Origin: Gammaproteobacteria bacterium
GTDB taxonomy: Bacteria > Pseudomonadota > Gammaproteobacteria > Eutrophobiales > Eutrophobiaceae
Length of the DNA stretch: 64,000 nt
NCBI GenBank assembly: GCA_965204045.1
Contig: CBDBDW010000002.1
Coordinates: 3,139,730-3,203,729 of the forward strand
Direction of reading: 5' to 3'
This document shows positions 18,764 through 28,138 of the stretch, piece by piece; the stretch's first letter is position 1; the number at the start of each line of letters is the position of its first letter. A program made the translations under genes and the position numbers. The notes below the pieces were generated by a model. That model saw only the letters and a list, made by a program, of their open reading frames with translations. It searched no databases and was not told the DNA's origin.

Positions 18764-20058
18764 TTCTATAAGGAACCTCTATTAATTCAGTGTAATGATA
18801 TAATACGGAGTACTGATTTCAACCCATACTGTCCTGTTTGAGGGTGCTGCCATGAAGAAGACTCAAGACCTGTTCGGTTCCTTTTTTGACTTGCAGGACG
18901 CCCGTTTGACGAAGCTGAAAGACCCGCTGGTGCAGTTGGAGGAGGTGGTGGACTGGGCGGCATTCCGTCCGTTGCTGTCCCGTCTCCGGCCCACGGAGCG
19001 CAAGAGCAATGCGGGCGCCCCGCGCCGGGACGAGGTACTGATGTTCAAGGGGTTGGTGATACAGCACTTGTACGGCTTGAGTGATGAGCAGTTGGAGTAC
19101 CAGGTAGAGGACCGGCGCAGTTTCCAGCGGTTCCTGGGGTTGGACAATGTCCATCGGGCGCCGGATGCGAAGACGTTCCGGGCGTTTCGGGAGCAGTTGG
19201 TGCGGTTGGGCCTGATGGAGGCGTTGTTCGAGCAGTTTGCCGGGCAGTTGGAAGCGTTGGGGTACCGGGCGCGCAAGGGGCAGTTGGTGGATGCGTCCCT
19301 GGTGCCGGCGCCGGTGCAGCGCAACACGCGCGAAGAGAATGCCAAGGTCAAGGCCGGGGAAGTGCCTGCGGACTGGGAGCAGGCGGACGCCAAGCCGAAG
19401 CGGCGTCAGAAGGACGTGGAGGCGCGTTGGACGAAGAAACGCGGCACGAGTCATTACGGGTACAAGAACCACGTGAACGTGGACAATGCGCACAAGCTGG
19501 TACGCAAGTATGATGTCACCGCGGCCAACGTGCATGATTCGCAGTTATTGGATGACCTGCTTGATGAGGACAACAGCAGCAAGGCCCTCTGGGCGGACAG
19601 CGCCTACCGGTCTGAAGAGCAGGAGCAGCGTTTGCGGGAGAAGCACTACCGCAGTCACATTCAGCGCAAGGGCAGCCGCAACCGGCCGTTGACGGCGCGG
19701 GAGCAGCAGGGCAACCGCACGCGGGCAAAAATACGGGTGCGGGTGGAGCACGTGTTCGGGGCGCAGTGTGCGACCCGTGCCAAGCTGGTCCGGTGTATCG
19801 GGCTCAAGCGCAGTGCGTTGGCCATCGGGATGATGAACCTGGTGTACAACATGCGCAGACTGTGTTACCTGCAAGGGGTCGGTGCGCCTGCTTGACGGGA
19901 AACAGGGATAAAACGGTGTCAAAACGACACCTGAGGGCGATAAAACGGCCCGATGACGGGCGTATTGAGGTGATGCGGGTCTCTGCGCACCTTACTATAG
20001 ACAAATATATGAAAAAGGAACCTGCTCAGACCTGAAATTATCAATTAATAGAGGTTCC
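18764..20058 (+). mobile_element. IS5-family insertion sequence (about 1.29 kb) with 17-bp terminal IRs and probable 4-bp TATA target duplication; inserted 16 bp upstream of the aminotransferase start codon
   Basis: IRL aggaacctctattaatt (18764-18780) vs reverse complement of 20042-20058 gggaacctctattaatt; flanking tata at 18760-18763 and 20059-20062. Confidence 0.75.
18852..19895 (+). CDS. IS5-family DDE transposase
   Basis: 347 aa; HVNVDNAHKLVRKYDVTAANVHDS and LWADSAYRSEEQ motifs typical of IS5-family Tnp. Confidence 0.85.
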   Translation: MKKTQDLFGSFFDLQDARLTKLKDPLVQLEEVVDWAAFRPLLSRLRPTERKSNAGAPRRDEVLMFKGLVIQHLYGLSDEQLEYQVEDRRSFQRFLGLDNVHRAPDAKTFRAFREQLVRLGLMEALFEQFAGQLEALGYRARKGQLVDASLVPAPVQRNTREENAKVKAGEVPADWEQADAKPKRRQKDVEARWTKKRGTSHYGYKNHVNVDNAHKLVRKYDVTAANVHDSQLLDDLLDEDNSSKALWADSAYRSEEQEQRLREKHYRSHIQRKGSRNRPLTAREQQGNRTRAKIRVRVEHVFGAQCATRAKLVRCIGLKRSALAIGMMNLVYNMRRLCYLQGVGAPA

Positions 20059-20170
20059 CTATACGTAACGACACAAATCGCGCCACGTTCGTCATTCCCG
20101 CGCAGGCGGGAATCCAGTAAGCAAACATTCATTATAAGGAGTTTTGTTGTCCACTGGATTCCCGCCTGCG
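20059..20170. repeat. Palindromic REP/BIME-like element copy B (left part); its right arm is split by the IS110-type element and resumes at 21582
   Basis: ctatacgtaacgacacaaatcgcgcc ... gttcgtcattcccgcgcaggcgggaatccagt ... actggattcccgcctgcgc | IS | gggaatgacgaac. Confidence 0.6.
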
Positions 20171-20253
20171 CCGATGTGTGGACTCCTCCCCCCTTATCAT
20201 GGTAGTTAAGGGGGGAGAAGCAATTTTGTTTAACCAACAACGAGGAGTCCACG

Positions 20254-21327
20254 ATGAGAGATACTAACACAATCGGCATAGATTTAGCGAAGCACACGTT
20301 TCAGGTGTGCGTGGTCGACAAGCAGGACCGGATGGTGAGCAACCAGGCGATGGGCCGGACGGCGTTGTCGGCGTATTTAGTGCGTCAGGCGCCGGCCTTG
20401 GTGGTACTGGAGGCGTGCGGGGGTGCGCACTATTGGGGTCGCTTAGCGGAGTCGTTCGGTCATCAGGTGAAGATTCTCTCGCCGCGTTGGGTGTTGCCGT
20501 ACCGTCAGGGCCACAAGACGGATGCGCGGGATGCGTTAGCGGTGGCCCGTGCGGGGCAGCGGGAGGAATTGCCGGGGGTGGGGTTGATGGGGGTGGAGCA
20601 ACAGAGTCTGCAGTGTCAGAAACGCGTGGCGGAGCATCTGACGGACCAATTGACGGCGACGGGGAACATGCTGCGTGGGCTGCTGGCGGAGTTTGGGGAA
20701 GTGGTGCCGAAGGGGGAGGCGGCGTTACGGCGTGAGTTGCCGCGCGTGCTGGAGGAGGCGGAGAACGGGTTGCCGTTGTCGCTACGCCCGCTCTTGGCGC
20801 TGGCCTGGCAGTTATGGCAGGCGCAGTCGGCGGCGTTGCAGGAGGCGGAGCGGCAGTTGGCAGAGCAAGTGCGCGTGACGCCGGCGTGTCGGTCGCTGCT
20901 GACACTGGCCGGGGTGGGGCCCAAGAATGCGTTGGGGTTGTATATTGCCCTGGGGGACGGGCAGGCGTACCGGCATGGTCGGGCCGCGGCGGCCTGTATT
21001 GGCTTGACCCCCAAGCAGCACAGCAGTGGGGGCAAGGTGCGCCTGGGGTCGATTGGCAAGCGCAGCGGGGACAAACGCTTACGTGCCTCGCTCATTACCG
21101 GCGCCCATGCGGTACTCCAGGCGCTGGCGCGGCGGGAACCCCGTAATGACGTTGAGGTGTGGCTCAAAGACCTGGCGGCCCGGCGTGGCGCCGGGCGGGC
21201 GGCGGTGGCCCTGGCAAACAAAACCGTGCGTACCGCCTGGGCTATGCTGCGTTACCGGACGGAGTACGATCCGGGCCATGCCAACCAGCTGTCGGGCAAC
21301 CCGCCGGCGGCAGTGGCCGCCGCCTGA
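20254..21327 (+). CDS. IS110-family DEDD transposase/recombinase
   Basis: 357 aa; N-terminal IGIDLAKHTFQVCVV (DEDD RuvC-like) and C-terminal LLTLAGVGPKNALGLYIALGDG ... GLTPKQHSSGGKVRLGSIGKRSGDKRLR (Transposase_20). Confidence 0.9.
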   Translation: MRDTNTIGIDLAKHTFQVCVVDKQDRMVSNQAMGRTALSAYLVRQAPALVVLEACGGAHYWGRLAESFGHQVKILSPRWVLPYRQGHKTDARDALAVARAGQREELPGVGLMGVEQQSLQCQKRVAEHLTDQLTATGNMLRGLLAEFGEVVPKGEAALRRELPRVLEEAENGLPLSLRPLLALAWQLWQAQSAALQEAERQLAEQVRVTPACRSLLTLAGVGPKNALGLYIALGDGQAYRHGRAAAACIGLTPKQHSSGGKVRLGSIGKRSGDKRLRASLITGAHAVLQALARREPRNDVEVWLKDLAARRGAGRAAVALANKTVRTAWAMLRYRTEYDPGHANQLSGNPPAAVAAA

Positions 21328-21581
21328 ACGGCCAGCCGGGAGAGAGGCGTCAGCGTTTATGTTATTTCCTTGCAAGACGGCACAACGTGATAGTGGTCAG
21401 ACCCACCTTCAGGGACCCTGCTCATTCCCGCGGCGTGAGAACGCCGTTGCGCCGAAGAGGGCTGAAGGGGCGAACACATCTTGGGCCAGGGGTCGCACCC
21501 CAATCAGAGTCCGTATATACGACCGCAGTCTGCCTTCACTATCGATTCGTGCCTACTTGCAAAACGGGAGGAGTCCATATA
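21328..21581 (+). ncRNA. Candidate guide (seekRNA/bridge-RNA-like) non-coding region in the IS110/IS1111-type right end
   Basis: About 250 bp non-coding between recombinase stop and element end, with GGCGTgagaACGCC hairpin and a tcattcccgcggcg stretch resembling the target flank gtcattccc|ggcgcagg; inference only. Confidence 0.35.
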
Positions 21582-23016
21582 GGGAATGACGAACGGGGGC
21601 GGGAATGACGAACCATACGGGACACAGCCTTTTCAGAACCTGAACGTATGACCCAGCCTGACCGTGACCTGCGTCTGGTCCGCATCGAAGTGGCCGGGGA
21701 AATTGTTGCTTTTCATATCTGCAGTCTGGCCTACCGCGATAAAGACTTCTGTTTCCGGCCGGGGAAACCAGCGATACCTGGCCGAAAATGAAAACCGCTC
21801 CGAAATATTGTCGTACTGCATCTGGGTATCAATCTGCATGTCGGGCGTGAAATTGATGCTGCTGTCCAGTGAGCCGATGTGAACCGTCAGCTTCCCCGAC
21901 GGCATTTCAAATTTTTCCATATTGTGCTTGGCCGTCAAGCGGAAGTATTTGGACAGCCTGAACTCCAGGATAGTATTCAGACCCAGGTAGTCTCCATCGT
22001 ATATACGGCAACAGGTAACTTCGACATCTGCAATCAGCTTTCTTGAGTTGGAAGAATTCAGCAGAACGTAAAACTGGTTGAAATGGTAATCCCCCAGAGG
22101 TACGGGAAGCTCTCCGGCTATCAGGAAGGGTTGATTGATAACCTCCCGTAAATTGCTGGCTTGAACCTTGATTTCATCTCCGATTCGATTCCGGCCCCCG
22201 GTTAACAGGGATAATTTATGGGTCTCTATGTTATTATCCAGGTCGGTAACAACATTGCCTATCACGCCTCCTTCCAACCATTGAATCCAGCCGTCCCCAA
22301 ACCGCTTTCTCCTGACATAGTCCCCGTTGTAATCCCGGATGTTACGGCGGTTGACAAATCCCAGGGCAGGATCAAACCGTTTTCCTATCTCCTTGCCGCT
22401 GATATACCAGCGCAGAAAATCGTGCGGGTATCCCAGAAAAAACCCGAACATGTCATCGTCCTTTCCCGCAGCCGGCCCATGCACGTCGTTTGAAAAACTG
22501 CGCTGGTAAAAAAAATCAGCGAGAAACCGGCCCCGGTTGAATAAATCGGAGTTCCGGTATTTGAAGTCGACGCCTGCCAGCGTATTCCTGCCCGTGCCGT
22601 CCGGGTCGCCATGCGTCAAAATCGTGCCGATGCGCGATTCTTCAAGCACTTCTGCAGACAACCGGGCGACGCTGAGGGTCTCTGCATTGATATTTTCCGA
22701 ATTATCCATTCTTACACTCAGCGCGCCCACGTTGAGGTTTCCAATGCGCCCGGATAATTTCCCGCCTGCGATGAGATCCACGATCTCATCATCCACGATG
22801 CCGATCTTGCGGGTAAAGAACGGCAATCCGTTGATGGCCGTGAGCGGCGGAGTCATCGCCCTGCCCCCGAACTCGAAGATTGTCCTGTCCTGGAGAAAGA
22901 AGTCCCTGGTCTCCGGAAAAAACAGTGAGAACCGGCCCGTGTTAACCTGCCGTTCGTCGAGTGGAGAATCCGAAAAATCCGTATTAAGGACTCTGATCGA
23001 TATTAAATTTCCAACT

Positions 23017-24243
23017 TCATCGTGGACGTAATTCGTAGTTCCAATCCCCGTGGAACTCGTTACGATGGAGCGACAGGGTGTCCATCTCCGCCTGCGTTAC
23101 GGCCTCGCCGGTCGGGTACTTTCTTTCATCAAGTTTGGCTTTGACGCGCAGGCCGGCGGCGGTGCGCGTATTGCCTATCAGGTCGACAATGGTCTCAAAG
23201 GTCCGCAACGGCTTGCCGCGCCAATTCTGCGTGATGTGACAGAACAGGCGGTGCTCAATCTTGTTCCACTTGCTGGTGCCCGGCGGGAAATGGCTGACGT
23301 GGATACGCAGTCCCGTCTCATCGGCAAACTGCTGCAAGCGGCGCTTCCAGACCCGCGAGCGATAGCCGTTGCTGCCGCCCGCATCGGCCGTGATGAACAA
23401 GTCCTGCGCCTCGGGGTAGCGGCGCCGGCCCATCTCCTCCCACCAGCGTCGCAGCGAGGCCACCGCAAAGGCGGGCGTGTCGTGGTCCTGCCCCACGTTC
23501 ACCCACGCCTCGTTATGCCCCATATCATAGATACCGTAGGGAATCGCCTTGCCGAGGGAGTCCTGGGGAAAATCATGCACCAGTGATTGCTCGGGCCGGC
23601 CCTGCGGCTGCCATTCCCGGCCGCCGTTCCTGAACTCCCCCACCAGTTCCTTCTTCCTGGTATCCACCGACACCACCGGCTGACGCCGTTGCAGGAACGC
23701 ATCCGCCTGCGCATTGATGTGTTCGAACTGCGCGTTGCGGTCCGGGTGCGAGGCCACTTCCCGACTCTTGCGCACCGCTTGCAGGCTGTAGCCCAACTCG
23801 TGCAGCAAGCGACCCACCGTCGTCGAACTCACCTGCCAGCCCGCCCTCGACAACGCTGCGGCCAGCTTTGCCCGACTCTTGCACGTCCACCGCAACGGCG
23901 AGTCCGGGTCGCCCCGCGTGACCGGGTCCACCAACTGCTCCAACGCCTGTTTGATGCCCGGCTGCGACTGCTCAATGCCCGGCCGGCCGGCGCCCGGCCG
24001 GCGAATGCGACCGGCTTCGGCGCCGCCCGCCGCCAACTCCCGGCGCCCCTTGCGCACCGTCGGGCGCGACAACCCCGTCGCATCCGACACCAGCGCATCG
24101 CCCCCATACCCGATGGCACGTGATTCCGTGGCCGCCCAGATACGACGCCCGCGCTCATCGAGATGCGCCTGCACCGCCGCGTACTTCTCAACAATCGTCG
24201 CTTCAAGTTCAAGATTGCGTCGCATCGGGGAAGTAAAACACAA
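23017..24243 (-). CDS. ISAzo13-family (Rhodopirellula-type DDE) transposase; probable true start at MRRNLELEAT (24225)
   Basis: 408 aa; ...FPPGTSKWNKIEHRLF... motif characteristic of this transposase family. Confidence 0.8.
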   Translation of the reverse strand: MCFTSPMRRNLELEATIVEKYAAVQAHLDERGRRIWAATESRAIGYGGDALVSDATGLSRPTVRKGRRELAAGGAEAGRIRRPGAGRPGIEQSQPGIKQALEQLVDPVTRGDPDSPLRWTCKSRAKLAAALSRAGWQVSSTTVGRLLHELGYSLQAVRKSREVASHPDRNAQFEHINAQADAFLQRRQPVVSVDTRKKELVGEFRNGGREWQPQGRPEQSLVHDFPQDSLGKAIPYGIYDMGHNEAWVNVGQDHDTPAFAVASLRRWWEEMGRRRYPEAQDLFITADAGGSNGYRSRVWKRRLQQFADETGLRIHVSHFPPGTSKWNKIEHRLFCHITQNWRGKPLRTFETIVDLIGNTRTAAGLRVKAKLDERKYPTGEAVTQAEMDTLSLHRNEFHGDWNYELRPR

Positions 24244-24274
24244 AAACCGAAAGATGGCAACTTAATTTACGTCA
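23023..24274 (-). mobile_element. ISAzo13-family insertion sequence (about 1.25 kb) with about 18-bp imperfect terminal IRs
   Basis: ggacgtaattcgtagttcc (23024-23042) vs reverse complement of 24255-24273 tgacgtaaattaagttgcc; boundaries approximate. Confidence 0.6.
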
Positions 24275-25176
24275 GGGCCCTAAGCGTCAGGGTTCCGGTC
24301 AGGGAGGGCGTAATCCTGTAGAATATGTTCCCGCTCGCCTCCGGGGTGAAGCTGTCATCACGCGGCCGCTGCATCCAGTCCCTTTCATAATTGAACTTGC
24401 CGAATGCCTGTACGTCCAGGCCCAGGCCCTGGCTGATATCCCGCAGCCCGGTAATTGAACCTATTTCCGAAACGTTCCAGGGAGGAAGGAACTGGTCAAT
24501 CTGGGACCATCTCACGGTTTCATTCTTGTGGCGGATTTGCCGCATGATCTCGAAACCCCACTTATCGACACCGGGGTCATAAGAGATACTCCGAAACGGG
24601 ATTGCCATCTCCGCCGTCCAGCCATTATCCGTACGTCTGGCATCAACGTCCCAGATCGTGTCCCACTCCGGGTAAAAGTTGCTGTTATTTTCTATCAACA
24701 TGTCCATCTGCGTACCCAGGGAATTGACCAGGAAAGCCATCGCATCCCTGGAACTGTCATACGGATCCAGGTATACCCGAATATTATCGTCCTGCCATAA
24801 TTCGCGGTCCCGTTGCATAACAGTAGCCAGAATCTTGTCAGGCTGGGAATCCCCGCAGAAAAACGCGAAATACAGGTTGTTTTCATCGTATGCAATGTAG
24901 ACGACCGTGGTTTCGGAAGGCTCTGCGCCCCGGACTGGTTCCGTCTGGTAAAACCTGTCTATCCTGGTCGCCTTCGACCAGACAGGGTCGGAGATATCAC
25001 CGTCGATTTTCGGCGCTTCGTCAGATGCTATTCTTGCTATTTCGGCTTCAGGCTCATAGTGCTGAAAATCAATCGATACGTCCTCCGCGCTTAATGGCAG
25101 ATTTATGACAACCGCAAGAATTACAAAGCTGCCGATGAAAAGAGATTTTAAGGTCATAATCTCTTATGCTGTACGG

Positions 25177-26427
25177 TCAGGGGAAAATTCCTTTCTGGAT
25201 GATGCCATGCACGCCCCAGTTGCCATCAACCACCTGGGTGACGCCAAAGTCGGCTGCCACCGACATCAGGGTAATTGCTTCGTCTTCGCTCAGGCCTTTT
25301 GCATCCATCAGGAATTTACGCATCTTGCGAAACGCGTCGCGCATGGCGTTGTCAACTGAGGACTTTTCAAATATCTCGCCCTGCGCCGCATCGCCAAGCT
25401 CGGCCAGGTAGTTGGCGTAACTGAAGCCATGGACGACGTACTCGGCGCCTGTCTCCAGCAGGGGGTAGTCCAATCCCTGCAACAGGGTGCCGGTGAGACG
25501 ATTTTTCTTGTGCAGGACGACCTGGAAATCGCCGGTCAGCGAGGTTTCGATTGCCGTGCCCGCCAGTTCCGAGTCTCCCTGCGCGGCGTGCGGGTCGCCA
25601 ACGCTGAAAAGGCCGCCCGGCACCGCTACCGGGTAATACATGCTGCTGCCCTTGCCGATACGCCAGTTGTCGATGTTGCCGCCGAAATAGCTTGGCGGGA
25701 TGGAGTTGACGACATCAGCTTCTGCCGGCGCCAATCCGATGGCGCCGAAGTGCAGGCGGATAGGCACCCGCACACCGGATAAAACCGAGCTGTTTTTTTT
25801 GATCGTATCGTGGTTTACCGGCACACCCGGGTAATCGATAGTGGCATGCTCGACGCCGAACGGGTCGGTCTGCGGCGTCCAGCGGAAGTTATATAATGCC
25901 CTGGCCCAGGTACGTTGTCCGGATGCGTCGATCTCATAGATCGTGATTACTTCGCGTGGTCTGGGTTCGGTGATCAAATCGTTGTACTGGTAACCCCACC
26001 AGGCCGCGGCATTGCTGCCGAAGGTTTTGCCCGGATGATTGGGATTGGCGCTGGGACGGGGCCTGACGTCAAGAATGCGAACCTCCAGGATGTCGCCCGG
26101 TTCGGCCCCCTCAACATAAACCGGACCGGTCAGCAGGTGTACCCCGAGTCCTTCACCCGCGCCACGGCCAAACAGCGATGCGTCCACAGGCCCCGCGCCG
26201 CGCCGATCGACGTTTTTATGGGCCCGGGTCCAGCGAAAGACGCTCTCCGCGCCCGCATCGCCATCAACCATCAATGAAGCATCGTCGTTGGCGTGGTGGG
26301 TCAGTGTTTCGATGGTGATGAAATCACCCGACTCGACGGTCAGCCTCGGTTCGATATCCTTGCTGAAATAACCCCAATGCACAGTCTCGCTGTTTACGGG
26401 CAATGTATGATGACGCTTCAGGTTCAT
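25177..26427 (-). CDS. Acetamidase/formamidase family protein (FmdA/AmdA-like); start MNLKRHH with GAGGAAAG RBS
   Basis: About 416 aa with typical formamidase-family length and composition. Confidence 0.75.
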   Translation of the reverse strand: MNLKRHHTLPVNSETVHWGYFSKDIEPRLTVESGDFITIETLTHHANDDASLMVDGDAGAESVFRWTRAHKNVDRRGAGPVDASLFGRGAGEGLGVHLLTGPVYVEGAEPGDILEVRILDVRPRPSANPNHPGKTFGSNAAAWWGYQYNDLITEPRPREVITIYEIDASGQRTWARALYNFRWTPQTDPFGVEHATIDYPGVPVNHDTIKKNSSVLSGVRVPIRLHFGAIGLAPAEADVVNSIPPSYFGGNIDNWRIGKGSSMYYPVAVPGGLFSVGDPHAAQGDSELAGTAIETSLTGDFQVVLHKKNRLTGTLLQGLDYPLLETGAEYVVHGFSYANYLAELGDAAQGEIFEKSSVDNAMRDAFRKMRKFLMDAKGLSEDEAITLMSVAADFGVTQVVDGNWGVHGIIQKGIFP

Positions 26428-26605
26428 AAGTGCTTTCCTCGCCGTTCTCTGCAAACTGCTGGTTGATAATCATGGACAATGGCACCGTCTTCTGTGCAGT
26501 TTGTCAAGTTTTGCAGCCCCGAACATGCACTGGTCTGGTGTCAGCCCGGTAGCCTTCCATTCAACATAATGATATGGTTGATCATACGAATATCAGGATG
26601 GCGAG

Positions 26606-28138
26606 ATGACTGAATTAACGCCTGTTTTGGAATTAATAAAAGCGGCAAACAGTGAAACCGCCGCAATAAACGCACCCGGACAAAAGACCCTCAGTTACGG
26701 CGATTTACTGCAACTGGTTGAAAACACGGTATTGATACTGAACCGTAACGGCATTCGCAGAAATGACAGGGTAGCGATCGTATTGCCTAACGGCGCTGAG
26801 ATGGCGGCAGCTTTTATTGCAGTCTCATGCGCCGCAACTGCCGCGCCGCTTAATCCTGCGTACCAAAAGGCTGAATTTGACTTTTACCTGTCAGATCTCA
26901 ACGCCGGCGTGCTGATAGTGGAAGAGAATAGCAATTCTCCATCACTTGAATCTGCGCGGGAACTGTCCATTCCCGTAATGACGCTGAAAAAGGGGGGGAC
27001 ATCAAGGGCAGGTGAATTTAAACTGGAGCCTGCCGATAATTCCCGGCATGATAAGCCTGTCATCGCTCCTGATTTTATCGGTGGAGACGATACCGCCCTT
27101 GTTCTACACACTTCAGGCACCACGTCGCGCCCCAAGATTGTGCCGTTAACACAGCGGAATATTTGTGTCAGCGCGGGTAATATTCGTACCACCCTGAACC
27201 TCACACCAGGGGATCGTTGTCTGAACGTGATGCCCCTGTTCCATATCCACGGCCTGATCGCGACAGTGCTTGCGAGTATCAGCGCCGGCGCGAGTATCTT
27301 TTGCGCGCCCGGGTTCAATGCACTGAAATTCTTTGCCTGGCTGGAGGAAGCACAACCAAGCTGGTATAGCGCGGTTCCGACCATGCACCAGGCCATCCTG
27401 GCCAGGGCCGGTAAGAATAAAGAGACAATCAGGAAGTCCGCCTTGCGGTTTATCCGATCCTCATCCGCGTCGTTGCCCCCCCAGGTTTTGAATGATCTGG
27501 AGCAGACTTTTAAAACACCTGTCATCGAAGCTTATGCCATGACGGAAGCCTCCCACCAGATGACGAGCAATCCGTTACCCCCCGGGACCAGAAAACCGGG
27601 CACCGTCGGCATCGCCGCCGGTCCAAAGGTGGCGATCATGGACGGGAGCGGAAACCTGCTGGAGCAAGGTTCTGTCGGCGAGGTGGTGATCCAGGGGGAA
27701 AACGTGACGGCGGGATACGACAATAATCCGGCGGCAAACCGGGAAAACTTTGTCAACGGCTGGTTCCGCACCGGCGATCAGGGCATCATGGACCAAGACG
27801 GATACCTGACAATCACCGGCCGTTTGAAGGAAATCATAAACAGGGGGGGAGAAAAGATTTCACCCAGGGAAGTGGACGAAATCCTGCTGGACCATCCTGC
27901 GGTGAGCCAGGCTGTCACATTTGCCGTACCACACGATAAACTGGGCGAAGACGTGGCGGCGGCTGTCGTATTGAACGATGGGCGGACGGCGAGCGAAAGT
28001 GATATCCGTGCTTATGCCGCCGGTTACCTGGCCGGCTTCAAAGTGCCGAAGAAAATTGTGATCCTTGACGATATCCCCAAAGGCCCCACCGGAAAAATAC
28101 AGCGCATCGGCCTGGCCGGGAAACTGGGTCTCGTTTGA
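26606..28138 (+). CDS. AMP-dependent acyl-CoA synthetase/ligase (AAE3/oxalate-CoA-ligase-like)
   Basis: LHTSGTTSRPKIVPLTQRN AMP-binding motif, TGDQG..., PKGPTGKIQR C-terminal motif. Confidence 0.85.
   Translation: MTELTPVLELIKAANSETAAINAPGQKTLSYGDLLQLVENTVLILNRNGIRRNDRVAIVLPNGAEMAAAFIAVSCAATAAPLNPAYQKAEFDFYLSDLNAGVLIVEENSNSPSLESARELSIPVMTLKKGGTSRAGEFKLEPADNSRHDKPVIAPDFIGGDDTALVLHTSGTTSRPKIVPLTQRNICVSAGNIRTTLNLTPGDRCLNVMPLFHIHGLIATVLASISAGASIFCAPGFNALKFFAWLEEAQPSWYSAVPTMHQAILARAGKNKETIRKSALRFIRSSSASLPPQVLNDLEQTFKTPVIEAYAMTEASHQMTSNPLPPGTRKPGTVGIAAGPKVAIMDGSGNLLEQGSVGEVVIQGENVTAGYDNNPAANRENFVNGWFRTGDQGIMDQDGYLTITGRLKEIINRGGEKISPREVDEILLDHPAVSQAVTFAVPHDKLGEDVAAAVVLNDGRTASESDIRAYAAGYLAGFKVPKKIVILDDIPKGPTGKIQRIGLAGKLGLV

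Larger units (their letters stand above)
20171..21581 (+). mobile_element. IS110-family (IS1111-like) insertion sequence with 12-bp subterminal inverted repeats, inserted into the right arm of the palindromic element
   Basis: gtggactcctcc (20177-20188) vs ggaggagtccat (21568-21579); excision in silico restores actggattcccgcctgcgc+gggaatgac, the reverse complement of the left arm. Confidence 0.7.
21633..25157 (-). pseudogene. DUF5916/CBM9-like outer-membrane beta-barrel protein gene disrupted by an ISAzo13-family insertion (N-fragment about 24275-25157, C-fragment 21633-about 23022)
   Basis: N-fragment: signal peptide plus DGDISDPVWSKATRIDRFYQ...YIAYDENNLYFAFFC (CBM9-like); C-fragment reads open from about 23070 to barrel terminus RLGHTFRF; IS between. 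Confidence 0.65.

Noticed and set aside
18819-19535. Antisense ORFs (238 aa, 176 aa) within the IS5 transposase gene
   Set aside because: Same high-GC artefact; no motifs; the sense strand encodes a recognisable transposase.
20264-21221. Long antisense ORFs (213 aa, 201 aa) inside the IS110-type recombinase gene
   Set aside because: Pro/Ala/Arg-rich low-complexity translations typical of high-GC antisense frames; the sense ORF has clear DEDD recombinase motifs.
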